A stretch of 63,906 bases of DNA from Paraspadella gotoi (Eukaryota; Animalia; Chaetognatha): contig CM119263.1 of NCBI GenBank assembly GCA_051294375.1, forward strand, positions 11,215,477 through 11,279,382. The letters run 5' to 3'. Within the stretch, counting starts at the first letter, position 1, and the number at the start of each line of letters is the position of its first letter. A program made the position numbers and the translations under genes. Under the pieces are notes generated by a model. The model worked only from the letters and a program-made list of their open reading frames with translations. It had not been told where the DNA came from and ran no database searches. This document shows positions 13,869 to 26,800 of this stretch, one piece after another.

Positions 13869-14445
13869 GTGGAAACGTAACACCGATAACTACGAGGGTC
13901 AAGACTCGTTGAAAACTCGTTCCAGCTCGTTGAATAAAAATTGCGTAAAACGGCGTTGGTTTCTCACTGATGACTGATTCGAGAACTCTGAACATTTTCG
14001 TCAGTCGGTCTGGTACTTTTTGGTGAAATTTCTGCATGATTCTCATCGACCCATAGGCTTAAAGAATTCTACATTCTACATTCTACATTAATACATTTTT
14101 TAAAAATAAGTTGTAAATTTATCACCGCTTAGTGAAAAAGAGAGACAGAGATCGAGGAGAGACAGACAAACCCGGCCATGAGAAAATTTCCTCTCTGGAA
14201 CAATCATGGTTCTGGCTTCAGCCTATTCACCTTCTTATCTTTTTTTCCCATTAGCATATTGATGTTATTTTCCCTCAGCACATAAGCTTGGGTCATTTGC
14301 ATATTTATAGATTTTTTTAGAAATATGATATTTTTATCACGGTTTTCGGATATAAATGTTAAAGAGATATCAAAACGACCTTTTTTTCCCTCTATTTCTG
14401 AACCATCCTATCTTACTTAAAAGGTTTCATCTCCCTAATTCTTAC

Positions 14446-14641
14446 CTCTCTTGTCTTTCCCCATCAGCGCCGCGGACTTACGGCGCCACCAGCTTTCGGC
14501 GGCGCCAAAAAATCCCTGAGCCTTAGACGCTCGGGGTTCGGCGACAGCGACGGAGGCGGTCAACGTGGCGGAGATGGCGCTGCGAGTGTCAGGGCGGCGC
14601 CAGTGGTGATGGGTCGTGGATCCGTAATGATAGAAGGGCAT
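14446..14641 (-). CDS. Putative first coding exon of an unidentified minus-strand gene (MPFYHYGSTTHHHWRRP...GKDKR)
   Basis: GC-rich, ATG-initiated open frame ending at a strong donor, AG|GTAAG (14445). No family recognised. Confidence 0.4.
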
Positions 14642-15421
14642 GGTGACGTGGATTGTAAAGACGGACGGACGGTTGGGAACGTCTGGTTTCGGAAGTAAAA
14701 AGAAGACGAAAAGTAAAATCGTCGTTAATCTATCGAAGCGTTTTTTAGTGATTGAGTCGATGAGTTTTCAGCGATCATAGATTTCTTGCCTAAAGAATTG
14801 ATTTAATCTTAATAATTTTTTTTTTTGATAACTCGAATTCGAAAAGATGTGAGGCAAAAATGCAGCTCCCTTCTTCCGAGTTCGCGAATCATTAAGATTT
14901 TTTTTTCTTTAACGAATTATGTTTTATCGTCTTAATAAATTTCTTTCTTTTTCCATATTTTTTTAATTTTAGCGGGAAATAATTAAGGCGATGGCTGCTT
15001 TTTTTTGCTACATAACTTTTCAATTTTAGATACAATTTTTTTTAAATTTTTTCTTATTTTTCTTTCCACATTAAAACGAAAGAGAGGAACAGACTTTTTT
15101 TCAAAGTCACCGATTAACGTCGCGAAAATAAGTAAGGATTTCTCAGTCGTCGCTCCGTTTCGTGCTTTCAAGTATTTGTAAGACTAAACTAGCCGGCTTC
15201 CTTTACGTTAGTTAGATCTATGGATCCGGAAATGTTGGTGTCTTCGTCCATAATTCCGAGGGATGTAGTATTTTTAGAATCGTTCCTCCTTTCGTTGCGT
15301 GTTTTGATTCCTTCTCTATGAAACTTTTTTTGGATGCTTAAAAAAAAAAAACGCAGAAGGAAAGAGAAACGATGACTTTCGCTGTTTCAGTCCAATGAAG
15401 GATTTGAAGAATAATATTGTA

Positions 15422-15539
<118 letters not shown>

Positions 15540-15660
15540 GAATTCGTTGGCGTGAAATTGTGACGTCATTCGATTGTCACTGACTCGCGAAGTGTGAGAC
15601 CGAAGTCGGTTCCGGGTTCCGGGTGAATAGCTTGTGTAAACGTGGAAATGAAGTAATAAG
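15540..15660. promoter_or_regulatory. Candidate divergent promoter island with a perfect CRE (TGACGTCA, 15561-15568)
   Basis: CpG-rich patch between the minus-strand exon at 14641 and the BPI-like ATG at 15804. Confidence 0.3.
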
Positions 15661-15803
15661 GAAAAAAAAAGTTCTGCTGTATTCCGTAAGGAGGATCTTT
15701 TAAAATACAAGGGCTTATACTATTAAAATTCTAAATACAAAATAAAACGCAACGTCTAATCTCGCTCTATATCTTTATAAATTTAAGAATCTGACGCAAG
15801 AAA

Positions 15804-18800
15804 ATGAGCGAATCAAAATCGAAAAAATGGCGACTGACAAACATCTCCAAACGAACCTCCTCAACCGGAGGAACGGCGATGAACAAACAAAAAAGTATTT
15901 GTGAGACGATTTTAAAGACTTAATCTCGATTCGACGGATCGATCATTGATTAATTGAGTGATTGATCTTTAAATATTGATTGATTACGAAATTCAAAGGT
16001 TATTATATTAATTAATTTATTTTTTTTCTTCACTTCTTCATTTATATTTAATTCCTTTCATTTTCTATCCTTCTTATTCCTTCATCATTTCCCTTTCCCT
16101 TTCTTCTGCAATTCCCCGCCGTTTCCTTCTTCCGCTCAGGCTCTCTGCGTTCCTCACACCCGTTCTCCTTCGCCTCCACAACTTCCTTCGGGCAAGCGAC
16201 TCGTAGCGTATCAGCATCTCCTTACTCCGCCCGCATCCTCATCACTGAACGGGGCCTTCAGAAATTGTCGCAGGCGTTGCTGACGTCGCTGACGCGGAAG
16301 CTGCAGCGGATGGAAGTGCCAAACTTTTACTACACTGAGGGAATCGTCTTGTTAGCGGATCATTCCTCGTGAGCGGAAGGGTGGGGCTGTTGAGATTGCG
16401 TGTCGGAGGATCAATCTCTCTCACTCTTTCTCGCTTGTTTAAATTTTCGCGCAGGGTCTTGAGCCAATCCCTGCACTACCTCTTGAAGCGCTGCGTGTTG
16501 AGCGGGCTGCGTCGACGCCGCGGCTCCGGCTGCCTCGTCAACATCGTTGCCGAATTCCGACTACGGGATTCCCATGTGGGAGTCGGCGACGGTTTTATCC
16601 ATTGGCGTCTGAAAGGCGACTTTAGGGGAAGCGCCGACTACACTTACAGGCAAGTGGGTGGAAGAAAAATAAAATATAAAGCGAGAAAAAAATCTATAAA
16701 TTAATCAATCAATAATGTCCAAAAATTATCCGATGAAACATTCATTAAATTAACTGGAATCCACCTGGATCCAACTGGAAATACCTGCAACCGCCTTTTC
16801 AGCATGTCAGGCGTTTCCGATTACGGGACAGCCGAGGTCATCATCGAAGGCCTCGAGTTGACCTTTGGCGTGGTTGTGGATTCACAAATGGGCGACAACA
16901 AGCTCAAGCTTCGAGTCGTGGAGCCCACCGATGGGACGACGCCTGTGACTGGACCGAAGCCGAAAGTCGAATTCAAAAATCTCAAAATAGATTTTACCTC
17001 CCATGGAAAAATCTGCGCGAAGATTAAATCACTTAGGGCCAGGCGTAGGTTGTACTAATTGGAAGATGTTAGTGGTGTGTGTGGTAAATACGATAGTTTG
17101 ATGGTGGTTTTAACTTTTTTTGTTATCATGGGCTACACGTTTCAAATTAAATTTGTCAAGCCTAAGTAAAAAAACCAAAAAATCAAACCGATTAACAGAC
17201 ATCGGTATTACCGATCAAAATTTAAATTTAAATACCAGCTGGAAGAAGCACCTCCGCCGTTGGCTGACGGAAGAGTGCGGGCTTGACTTCGCTTACCTCT
17301 TCAACTCTAGTAAAGTCTCCTTCGATACGGTCTTCTTCAAGGAGTGGACGGAAGGATCGAAACGCCTGGGGCTCGAGTCGCAGATCGAGAGCATCCGGTT
17401 CCGGCGCAGATCTTGGATCATCGTCGCCCTCGGCGTTAAACTGCGAATCGTCGCGTCGTCTTCGAGGGAATCCATGCCGGAGCACACCGAGCACAGCCAT
17501 CACGATACGATCAGAGATTCCTACAAGGCGAACATCGACGAAACGCTGCGGCGTCTCCCTTCCCAATTTTCCTCGAATCCCGATGTCGTCTTCTTCTTTC
17601 CGGAAGGGCTCGTCGACGAAGTCTTTTCCTCTGTGGTCTCCACGGAGTTGGATGCGCTTGTCTCACGGTCGCTTCAGGTTCATTCCCGGCGCGGGGCGAT
17701 CCGACTTTTTAAGTTTTTTTTAGTCATTTATAATGAGGTAGTTTTTTATAACTCGAAAAATTAAGTCATCGCTATAAAGACTATTTAAATTTTACACACT
17801 ATAGTCACGCGTGGCGTCACTCTCGTTGCCTGGATGCGACCAAATCGGCGTCACCACTTTCTTCCATTCGATGCCGGAACTGAGGCTGACGCAGACGCGA
17901 GGCGTGGTCGTTAGCGCCGTCATCATTGTCGAGGTTTTTTAGTGAAAAAATTAAAACCGAATTCTGTTATTCTAATGAAATATTTTGTTGAACTATATTT
18001 ATTTAAAATTCTCCATCTTCTCCTAAGGTCAACGCCACCGCCATGGAGATCGGCCCTGGACTCGGGGGCAAAGTCTACTTCCGAATCAGATACTCGTTTC
18101 AGATGGGAGGGCGAATCGAAACTGTACCAGGTCCACGCGAGGGCGACGATGGCCAATTGGTCTGGCATCTCGAAAACTACACTGGAAGAGCAATTATTCT
18201 GGTAGGTTTAACGTGGCTAACGTGCCAGCCAATGTTGATTCGAGTACTCTCACTTTACAAATGAATAGAGTAAATCAGTACAAGTATAAAAAATCTTCTT
18301 CTTACAGTTTTATATGTCTTTATTTTTAAAATCAAACGATTATATCACATTTTATTAGCACTCAAAGCAAATGTTAAAAATATTTTTTAACAATTTTAAA
18401 ATATTCAAATCTTTTCAACAACCAGAAATATTTTTTTCATTTACTTGGTTAAATAATAATTTGTCGCCACGGTATAACCATGGCCATAAGCCTTTCCTTA
18501 CAGATTTTCATCATAGCCCTTCCGGATTTGAGAGTATCGAATTGGTTCACATTGATAGAATAATAAATATGCAGATGGTTTGATACAGCTAATACTGTAT
18601 GTTGAATTAACTATTAGTTTCATCATATTCTACTACATTTTAAGATTTCAAAATATTTATTTCAATATTACATTCAAATTATAATTATTAATTGTGGTTA
18701 AGAAGTTTAATGTTGCACTACAGACTTGAAAGTCGAAATTCTCTGTTCACTTCAGGAATCCCAGGTGCCTGGGTTGCGAGCGACCTCTCGCCTCATGCAG

Positions 18801-19146
18801 GAGACTCGATCTCGCGTCGCCCAGACGGTGCAGCAAATGGGCCTGGAGGCCTGGGCGCAGTTCAACGAGGAATACAAAGGTTGCATTGCCTTGGTGTCAT
18901 TGCCATGCGACCTTGCGGCCAGTGCGATCGAGGTAAGTCGTTTTGAAAGCCATCGCGAAATATGAAAGGAAGAAAAAAAAATATTAAAAACCAAAACAAC
19001 ATAAGATGAAGCTTGGTCTCGCGGAGGGATACGTCGCCGTGCTCGCCAACATCTGTTTGAAGTCGAAATCCGAGGCGAGGGCGGCGACGAAGAAATGGAA
19101 ATGGAGAAGAACGGACTCAAAAAGATTTCAACAGATGTCAATTTAA
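15804..19146 (+). CDS. BPI/LBP/PLTP (TULIP) family lipid-binding protein, ~608 aa; exons 15804-15900, 16140-16368, 16455-16649, 16803-17048, 17239-17677, 17805-17933, 18028-18201, 18756-18932, 19006-19146
   Basis: All nine exons join in phase. PYSARILITERGLQKLSQALLTSLTRKLQRMEVPNF matches the BPI/LBP N-terminal pattern (RIT.KGL.Y...L...L..I.IP). VSDYGTAEVIIEGLELTFGV, DVVFFFPEGLVDEVF and the terminal LGLAEGYVAVLAN fit BPI1/BPI2 elements. The first exon is uncertain. Confidence 0.65.
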
Positions 19147-20421
19147 AAAAAGAATATTACGTGAATAGCGTATTATAAAAAAAAATTTAAATATTTTTTT
19201 ATTGCTAGTGCAAGATATATCACACGAAAAGTGATTGCCTGGTTTCTAATTATTGAATAAACTAGATTATAATAATGCCCTCATTTAATGTAACAGCGGT
19301 TATGGTAAAAAAATAAATTTATTGATTGCCTAATCTGGTAGCCCTGCTTTACTTTTGTCAACGAATTAGAGGCTTAGTGCCTTGCCGTGCTTCTTTCGGC
19401 ATGGAACTTAAAACAAAAGGGAAATGGACCAATGAGTCAATTGCACTGTTGCCCTTTAGCATGAAACGTCACGATGCAACAGAAACTACGAAGGCGGAAC
19501 CTTTAGCCGCGTACGCTGCTTATCGCGAGACTGAAGTGAAGGATAATTAAAAAGCTATTCTGAGGACGGCCATTAACGAGGCCAAAGGTATTTCACCTCC
19601 ACTTAATTATCGGCGGCTTTTAAAAGCAGCTGAACTCAATCAAAGCGCTTCTCTGCTTTTCCTTCTTCGTTTCTACAACTTGTTTCATTCTGTGTCTCTC
19701 AACGTTTTATAATTATATTGAAAAATACCCAATTAGCTTGAGCTCGTTCTCTTGACTCCTGAAAAAGATTCCTAATAACGTATGAATTATAAACCTTGAT
19801 TAGTTTAAACGAGAAATATGTTGAATTAATTTTAAAGTATAAAACATTCATAACTCAAAATACAACTTGTTTCAAAATATTTTAACAAAGTTACATATTT
19901 TTAAAATTTTCTGTATAAACCGTGCGTGAAATTTTACGAAATACTCCCCTATCATTATTTATAGCTGCTTGACTGAGATTTAATTAATTGAAGAAAATAG
20001 ATTGAGTTGACCGTTGCAGACGATAACACCGATAGTCACTTCGTTCAACTTTTTTTCCCTTCGTAAATTTTAAACAAAGCGATTTTTCTCGAACTAGTTG
20101 TACTTTCAAAATTAAATACGTACTTCACGAACTAATTATTCATAATTGAAGGTCTGAAAAAAAAACCTGTTTAAAACTGTCGTTTTGTTATCGTCTACAC
20201 GATCTCTATTCCAACCAGCAAGTTTACAAAATCACCTTTTCAATTTTTTACGTTGAAGTTGTGGCAATTAAATCTGACCGAAATGAGAATGGCTCGCCAA
20301 GTGTTCCCAGTTTAACCGGTCATTTGAGTGCGGTCGTATCAAAATAGTAATGATATTACTTCGCTTCAACCTTTGATTTATCATTCTCGGTAGACGGGAT
20401 TGAAATCTACAAAGCTTCGAA

Positions 20422-21975
20422 ATGCCTATCTCCGCCACACTCTCCAACTTCCGCTATACCCACGCCATTGTGTCTTCCATTCCCGAGTCTCTCGCCGCCC
20501 AAGCGCTGCGCAGCGACGCCGATGTCGTGGTAGACATGAATGCTGCGCGACTCGAGCACCGGCGCTACGTAACGGCATTGGAATCGTTAGGACTCGTTGT
20601 CCTGAAGTTGCCGTCCGACGAGAAGCTTCCCGATTGCGTCTTCGTCGAAGACCCCGTCGTCGTCGCCGGTGGAAAGGCGTTCCTCACGAGGCCAGGTATA
20701 GTAGGGAGATCTGTGGCCACTGTTTGGTGGTCGCAAGGGAAGCCGGCTACTGACTCTCTTTCTCTCCCTCTCTCCTAGCCGCTGTTCCGTTTCTCGGGTT
20801 TCAATCTCAATATTCTATCTCGACATGTACACATCTCCTTGTATCTTGTACCCCTACATATCGTTTAAATAAATTTCGACCTTTTTGCACATGAAATATA
20901 TGCCTATGCTAAATGTATTGATATGATGTCATACCTCTTAATTCAAAATTTTCTGTAGGCGCGAAAGAACGTCTTGAAGAAGCGCGGAAAATGAAATCAT
21001 TTTTGGAAAAATCGTCAATGAGACTAAAGGTCTGAGCGTATAAACCTTATCTATTTATCAAGTTTTACTTTACAAACGAAGAAAATCCAATTTATACACT
21101 TTGACATTTTCATAAAAAAATCTTGACTTGCCCAAGACTTCACTGTTCATTATCTAAAATTCGAATTTTGATATTAACTTTAACGCGCTTTATATTTATT
21201 TTAATTTCATTAATAAAAAAAGGGTGTCTCAATCTAACCAGATCATCGATACCTGCCAAGAGCACGCGACTATCGACGGAGGCGACGTTCTCTTCACGGG
21301 CGCCGAATTTTTCGTCGGCGTCTCCGACAGAACAAACCGCGAAGGTATCGCCGCGTTGGCCGCCGCCTTTCCGGAGTTTCCAGTTCACGGCATTACCGTC
21401 GACGCAGGGCTGCATCTCAAGAGCTTCTGCTCCATGGCGGCGCCCGGCGTTGTTTTAATCGGATCTTCAGAGGTGAATGAAGTTTCGAGGTTTAGTCGGT
21501 CAATTTGTAATTTTTTTTAAATATTTATAAGCACCACTACATAATATGTAGTAAATATACATGAATCGGCATAATTTTACTTTCGCCGACTGGGATTAGG
21601 GCGGTATAGGTTTAGGGTTTGGGGTAATTATGGTTATTATTATTTTACACTGTTATTCAAAAAAATGTAAAATGTTTAGGTTATTTGATTTCCTTCGTTA
21701 TAAAACAGGCAGCCTCTTCGGCGAAGCGTCAAATGCTCGCGGCGTCGACGTCGCTCGACTTCGTCGTCGTGCCTCACGACGCGGCAGCTAACTGCGTCGT
21801 CGTCGGCGATGTCATTCTCCATCGATCACGAGACGAGTTTCCCGAATCGGTGGACGTCATTGAAGAGCGATTCCGCGACCAGAAGCGTATTTCTTTGACA
21901 AACACCGAATTGGCAAAAGTTGACGGCGCCCTAACCTGTTGCAGCGTATTGATCGACGCCTCGGAAGGGCATTGA
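20422..21975 (+). CDS. DDAH: N(G),N(G)-dimethylarginine dimethylaminohydrolase; exons 20422-20695, 20959-21029, 21242-21472, 21709-21975
   Basis: Motifs PDCVFVED, TRPG, DGGDVLFTG.EFFVG.S.RTN, LHLKSFCSM and ELAKVDGALTCCSVL. Catalytic Asp/His/Cys are present. GT-AG introns in phase. Confidence 0.95.
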
Positions 21976-22929
21976 TCGAAGACTTTAAATTTTAATCTTA
22001 TGACAGATTTTTTTCGTTTTAACCATTTTTGATTTCCCAATTTCATTCGATTGGATAATTTTTCATTTTTAAACTTTAAACTCTGTATTCTACTCCTCTA
22101 TATTTTAATAAATACGTATTCAAAGTGAGAATGCGATAGAAACAAAGTCAGATACATATAGGGCAGCGGCTTCGGGTAAAATGTCATTATATGTAGATAC
22201 CTCACTCGAGAGCCAATATTAGTTTATTTTTTATACATTTTTATGCCGGTCCCTGGAGGATGATATCAATATTCACTTGCAAAAAACCGTTTTTAAATTC
22301 CTACAATGGTTTCCGAGATATAGTCATAAACGTCAGCCTTGAAAGGCAAAATTTGTCAGAATAAAATTTTCGAGTTTTTTCTTAGATTTCTGACGCGCTA
22401 GTACAAACTATTTAAAAAAAGAGAAAACGTTTTGCTGATTTCTTCCAGCATAATCCATAAATGTGTAAGACGATGGGTACACCTGAAAGTGATATGTCTC
22501 TAGAGGACGGAAAATTTTTCTTTAGGTTTTATTTTAAAATTTAGGTATTGTACCAATAGGATAAATTGAGATACTCCCACTTTGCCAAAATTTTTATTTA
22601 ACAAAGATTTGTACTGCGTAGTTCAAATCCTTAGTTCTCTAACGGTAAAAAAGTTATTTTCTTGAATAACTTTGGAAAGAAAAGAGGTAAGAATGTGGGT
22701 GAGGTATTAAATTAAAGCCCTAATCATGGGACACCTCTCTAAAATAGTTTTATTAAATTTTATCCATAAATCTTTACTCAGCTTTTATTTAAATCGGAGT
22801 TAAAAGTATAACAGTTTTTTGCATTAAAAATTTCAATGAAGGCATGGGAAATTTTTTTCTTCTTTCGTAATATGAAAAAGGAAAGACTAAATTACATTTT
22901 GATTACCATTAAATTTGCTCTACTCTATA

Positions 22930-23450
22930 AATTTGCTTGTATTTTTTAGTTAAAGTAAAAAACAAGCAAAATTTATGAAGTAACTGGTTAAAATGTTTTT
23001 TTAAATATGAAAAATGATAAATACAAAAATATTTTCAGATTGATATAAACAGTCTGGACGTCTACCTTCTTGTCTGTGAAAAAAAAATTGTCATTTTTCA
23101 TTATCTTCAACTGCAAACAAAAAGCTTGACACCATGCTTGTTTATCATAATAAAATTTTAAAAAATTACATAGCTGGCAACATATTTGACTAAGCAAGAC
23201 ATCATTGTGTTTATCTGTATTGATAATTTTCTTTTAAATATAACAACCTTTATACAAGGAATTTAATTCTATTACTTATCATCCGTTTTAATTAAGAAAA
23301 AAAATTTCGCGGAATAGCCCATTGGAAAGGGTTCATTGACTGACTTAATGATCGAATTTTTTAGGTTTCTTTACTGCCCCCATTTCACAAATCATAAAAG
23401 GTCATGATTATCATGTCAGTATGTCCAGATTATCTGTACCCTTTCTGCAA
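22930..23450 (-). mobile_element. Possible heavily degraded LINE reverse-transcriptase fragment
   Basis: Broken frames give QL.NFL..., K-H-G, DKKVDVQTVYINLK and LLHK in the order expected for CR1/L2-type RT (QHGF...VD.VYLD..KAF...LL.KL). Many stops and frameshifts. Confidence 0.3.
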
Positions 23451-23827
23451 CCTGCATTCTGAATTTTCTTTTTTTCCCTTTCAAATGTATTAAATAAAAA
23501 AATTATTTGAGAGAACGATTGGCGTGGAGGATGCCATTGGTAAGCCTTAGTTACCCCACTTCCCGATCGAATATTTAAACGAGGTTTTTTTTCCATCTAT
23601 TCGAGACATAACACTAACTATTGGTACTATTAATTTTTTATTTTTTCATGAAATTTTGTGTAATCAGAGAAACGTTTAGCGTGTCAAAAAAATATGGAAA
23701 AAAAAGAGAAAAACGTTCTGACAAATTTAAAAATTTATGGAGGAATCTATTATATGGTATAAAAAACGTGAGATTCATTCAAAATTGCTTGTCATAATGA
23801 CTCGGGGGAAAATTGGATTGACGATTT

Positions 23828-26800
23828 TCACGTGACAGTTTCGCTACTGGTCGTCCGCCTCTCCTGCTGCTGCTGGTCGAGCTGTGGCTGCTGTTTTTGA
23901 GAGGTCGGGGAAGTTCTATCGAAATCTTGAAGTTGCAACCGCTCTTCATCGGAGAAGCTGGAAGGATCAGAACTGGTAAAACTCTTGTCGCTCCTCTGGC
24001 GACGACGACGAAAGACCCTAAGAAAAAAAATCAAGACAAATATATTCTACAGCGGTATATAACCGATTTTTCCCGCTAATTTTTGATTAACTAACTTTTT
24101 TATGCTTTTGATTATGACGTAAATTCCGACGACGATGATAATGGCGACAAAGACAGTGGCCGAATGCCACAACAGCTGCTGCAATGGCGGCGACGACTCT
24201 TTATCGCTCTTGCTGTCGTCACTCACGACGCCGTCCGTAACCTTGTCCTCCCGAGGTTCGTCCTCGTAGTCGCAGTAGCGGCCACGCCTCCCTCCAAAGC
24301 ACTCGCAGACAACGGTGGTGTTGACGATGACGCAACTTCCTCTGAAGTTGCATATGGCGTCGACGCAAGGACGCACGCGAGTCTGGCAACGCTCGCCAGC
24401 GTGAAAAGCGTCGCAGGCGCAAGAGTAGCCAGAACCGCCAAATCGACGCTGACAGACGCCCCCATTAAGGCACGGCGTGGAATGGCAGGGATCGGTGAGT
24501 GTACAGCGCCGGCCGAAGTAGGGCGCCGGACAGACGCATCCAAAGTCGTCGGGTTCGCCGTCATCGCCTTCGCCATCGGCGGCAAAAACAGTGACGCCGG
24601 CAACGACGGTGACGCAGACGCCACCGTTGACGCAAGGCGAGGAAACGCAGGGATCGAGGCGAGATTCGCAGGTTTGGCCGGTCAGGTCGGACGGGCAGAG
24701 ACAGATAAACGCGCTCGGGTATGGAGGCGAGATCCTGGGTGAAGCAATATATGCAGAGATAAACAGTTATGTTGAAGGCAGACAAATGAAGCCCCACTTA
24801 CTCTGTCCCATTAGCCAACCCCATCGCCGAGACGCAAGTTCCTCTCGGTCCACACGGCGCTGACACGCAAGGGTCAACAACATCCTCGCACATCGCCCCC
24901 GCGAAACCAGGCGCGCATGCGCATTCGAACCGAAACAGCGCGTCGACGCAGACGCCTCCGTTGGCACAGGGGCGGGCGCGGCACTCGTCTCGGTAGGCGT
25001 GTCGAAGGTAAGGACCCAGGGTGTCCACGAGATAGTCGGTGAGGTTGGCGCAGAAGCCGCGGTTGCGGAATGGTAAGGAGGAGCCCCAGAGGACGATCCC
25101 ATCGGGGCCGGCGGGAGTGAAAGAGCTACCTGGGTAGGAAAAAATTAATTTGTTAGGCACTACTGAGCTTAAATAAAAGCTTAGGAGTCAGGAAGGTTGA
25201 TTGGCTTTTTAGGTTTTGGGTCAACTTGGATGTTTAAAACATTTTAAACTGTGGAAAAAATCAGATTTATGAGACGCGCCATGAATGTGGAAGTGTATTA
25301 TTGGTCATTTCAGTGTCATAATTCATTCATAAAATAAATAAATAATAATAAATAAAATAATAATAATAATAAATAAACTTTAAAATACGCACCAAAAGCA
25401 AGGTGCAGTTCCTCGACACTCATAAACTCCGTCTTTCCCCCACTTCCAAAAATGTTGGTGAACTTCCAAACGGGAAGATCCGGTTTTCCCGCCGCCTTCG
25501 CCAGACGCCGCGCTTCGGCGATCTGTGCGTGGAAGCGCTTGGCCGGGTCGTCGTGGTCGTAGAAAAGGTAAGTGGAAGGAAAGAGTACGTCGCTGAGGTG
25601 GACCACCCAAAGAAGGTCGTCGTTGAGGGCCTGCGGAGTGTCATATGAAAATTATTACCGAAAAAAAATTATAAAAAAGAAAGGGTTCATTGTTCAGTAA
25701 TTTAATAATAAAGAATGTTTAAAAAAAAAATAAAAGGACTTACATTTAAAGATATCAAAATTCAATTCTTAATATAAAACGTGGTTCTAAAAGCTAATCC
25801 CACAAAAAAATTAACAGGATTTTACCTGCTGTTTGAGCGAACACGAGGTAAGGCTTGGGTGATGATCATTGTAGCACTCAGGAAATTTGTATAGGCCCCA
25901 CTTTGCCCGTGGTCGAAGCTTTTTTGCCATAAGAAATGTTTGGGTTATGAAATTTCTAGCCGCTGCGTTGTAGAGGCGCTTCGCGTGGAATTCAATCTGC
26001 CCGATAGAACAAAAGATCAGTTGGTGGGTGATGATGAAGTTAATTTCATAAACAATAAACGAATAACTTTATATTTACAAAAGATATAAATTAAATTTAA
26101 TTAAAGTTCATACTGGTTTACAAAAATTATTTTTAAATTCTCACGTCAGTACTTCTGGTGAGATTCTTTATGGTTTTTATGGCGTATTTTCTTGACAATT
26201 CTTTGTAACGATCAAAGTTCGAGAACAGCCTCGCCCAATGTAGTCGCCAGGCTTCGAAGTCCATTGCGACTAAACCGTTGTATCTGAAACCCCCAATTTA
26301 AAAAAAGTATAATTATTTTTAAATATTTTTATGAGTATAATTTTGAGTTTTTTGACTAATTCGAACTCCTTTAAAAATCTACACCAAAACTGCACAAGAT
26401 GCACAAAAATTTTACTCGGGATCCGGCATGTGGCGCTCGATGTCTTTCCTCATTTTCTTCAAATGCCGCGTCATATTCGCCGCCTGAAGAAAGTCGTGTC
26501 TATTAAACAACTCAAAGTTAAATGTTTAATTTTTTTATTCGAGAATCTTTTTGGGCTTAATTGGACGATGGCACACGAACTCTCAATAAAACTTAATAAC
26601 TGAGAAAAAGTCTTTTTTTTGATAGTTTTGTTTTTATTTCATTTATGTACTTTTTCGTTTCATCTCATACGTTTGATCACTTCTCTCACTTATCCGTTCA
26701 TTCACGAATCGATTACCTGAGGAATGCCGCCGTAGTATTGCTTGAGGGTTTTTTTGTCAATGTAAGGTTCTAAACCCAAACGATAGAAGGTGATGATTTT

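Noticed and set aside
23828-23845. PDZ-binding motif at the hyaluronidase C-terminus (SSETVT)
   Set aside because: The terminal residue is Thr, not the hydrophobic residue required for class I motifs.
24164-24742. 192-aa plus-strand ORF and other long antisense ORFs over GC-rich exons (for example 42597-43091, 47473-47868)
   Set aside because: Antisense shadows of real exons caused by GC-rich codon usage.
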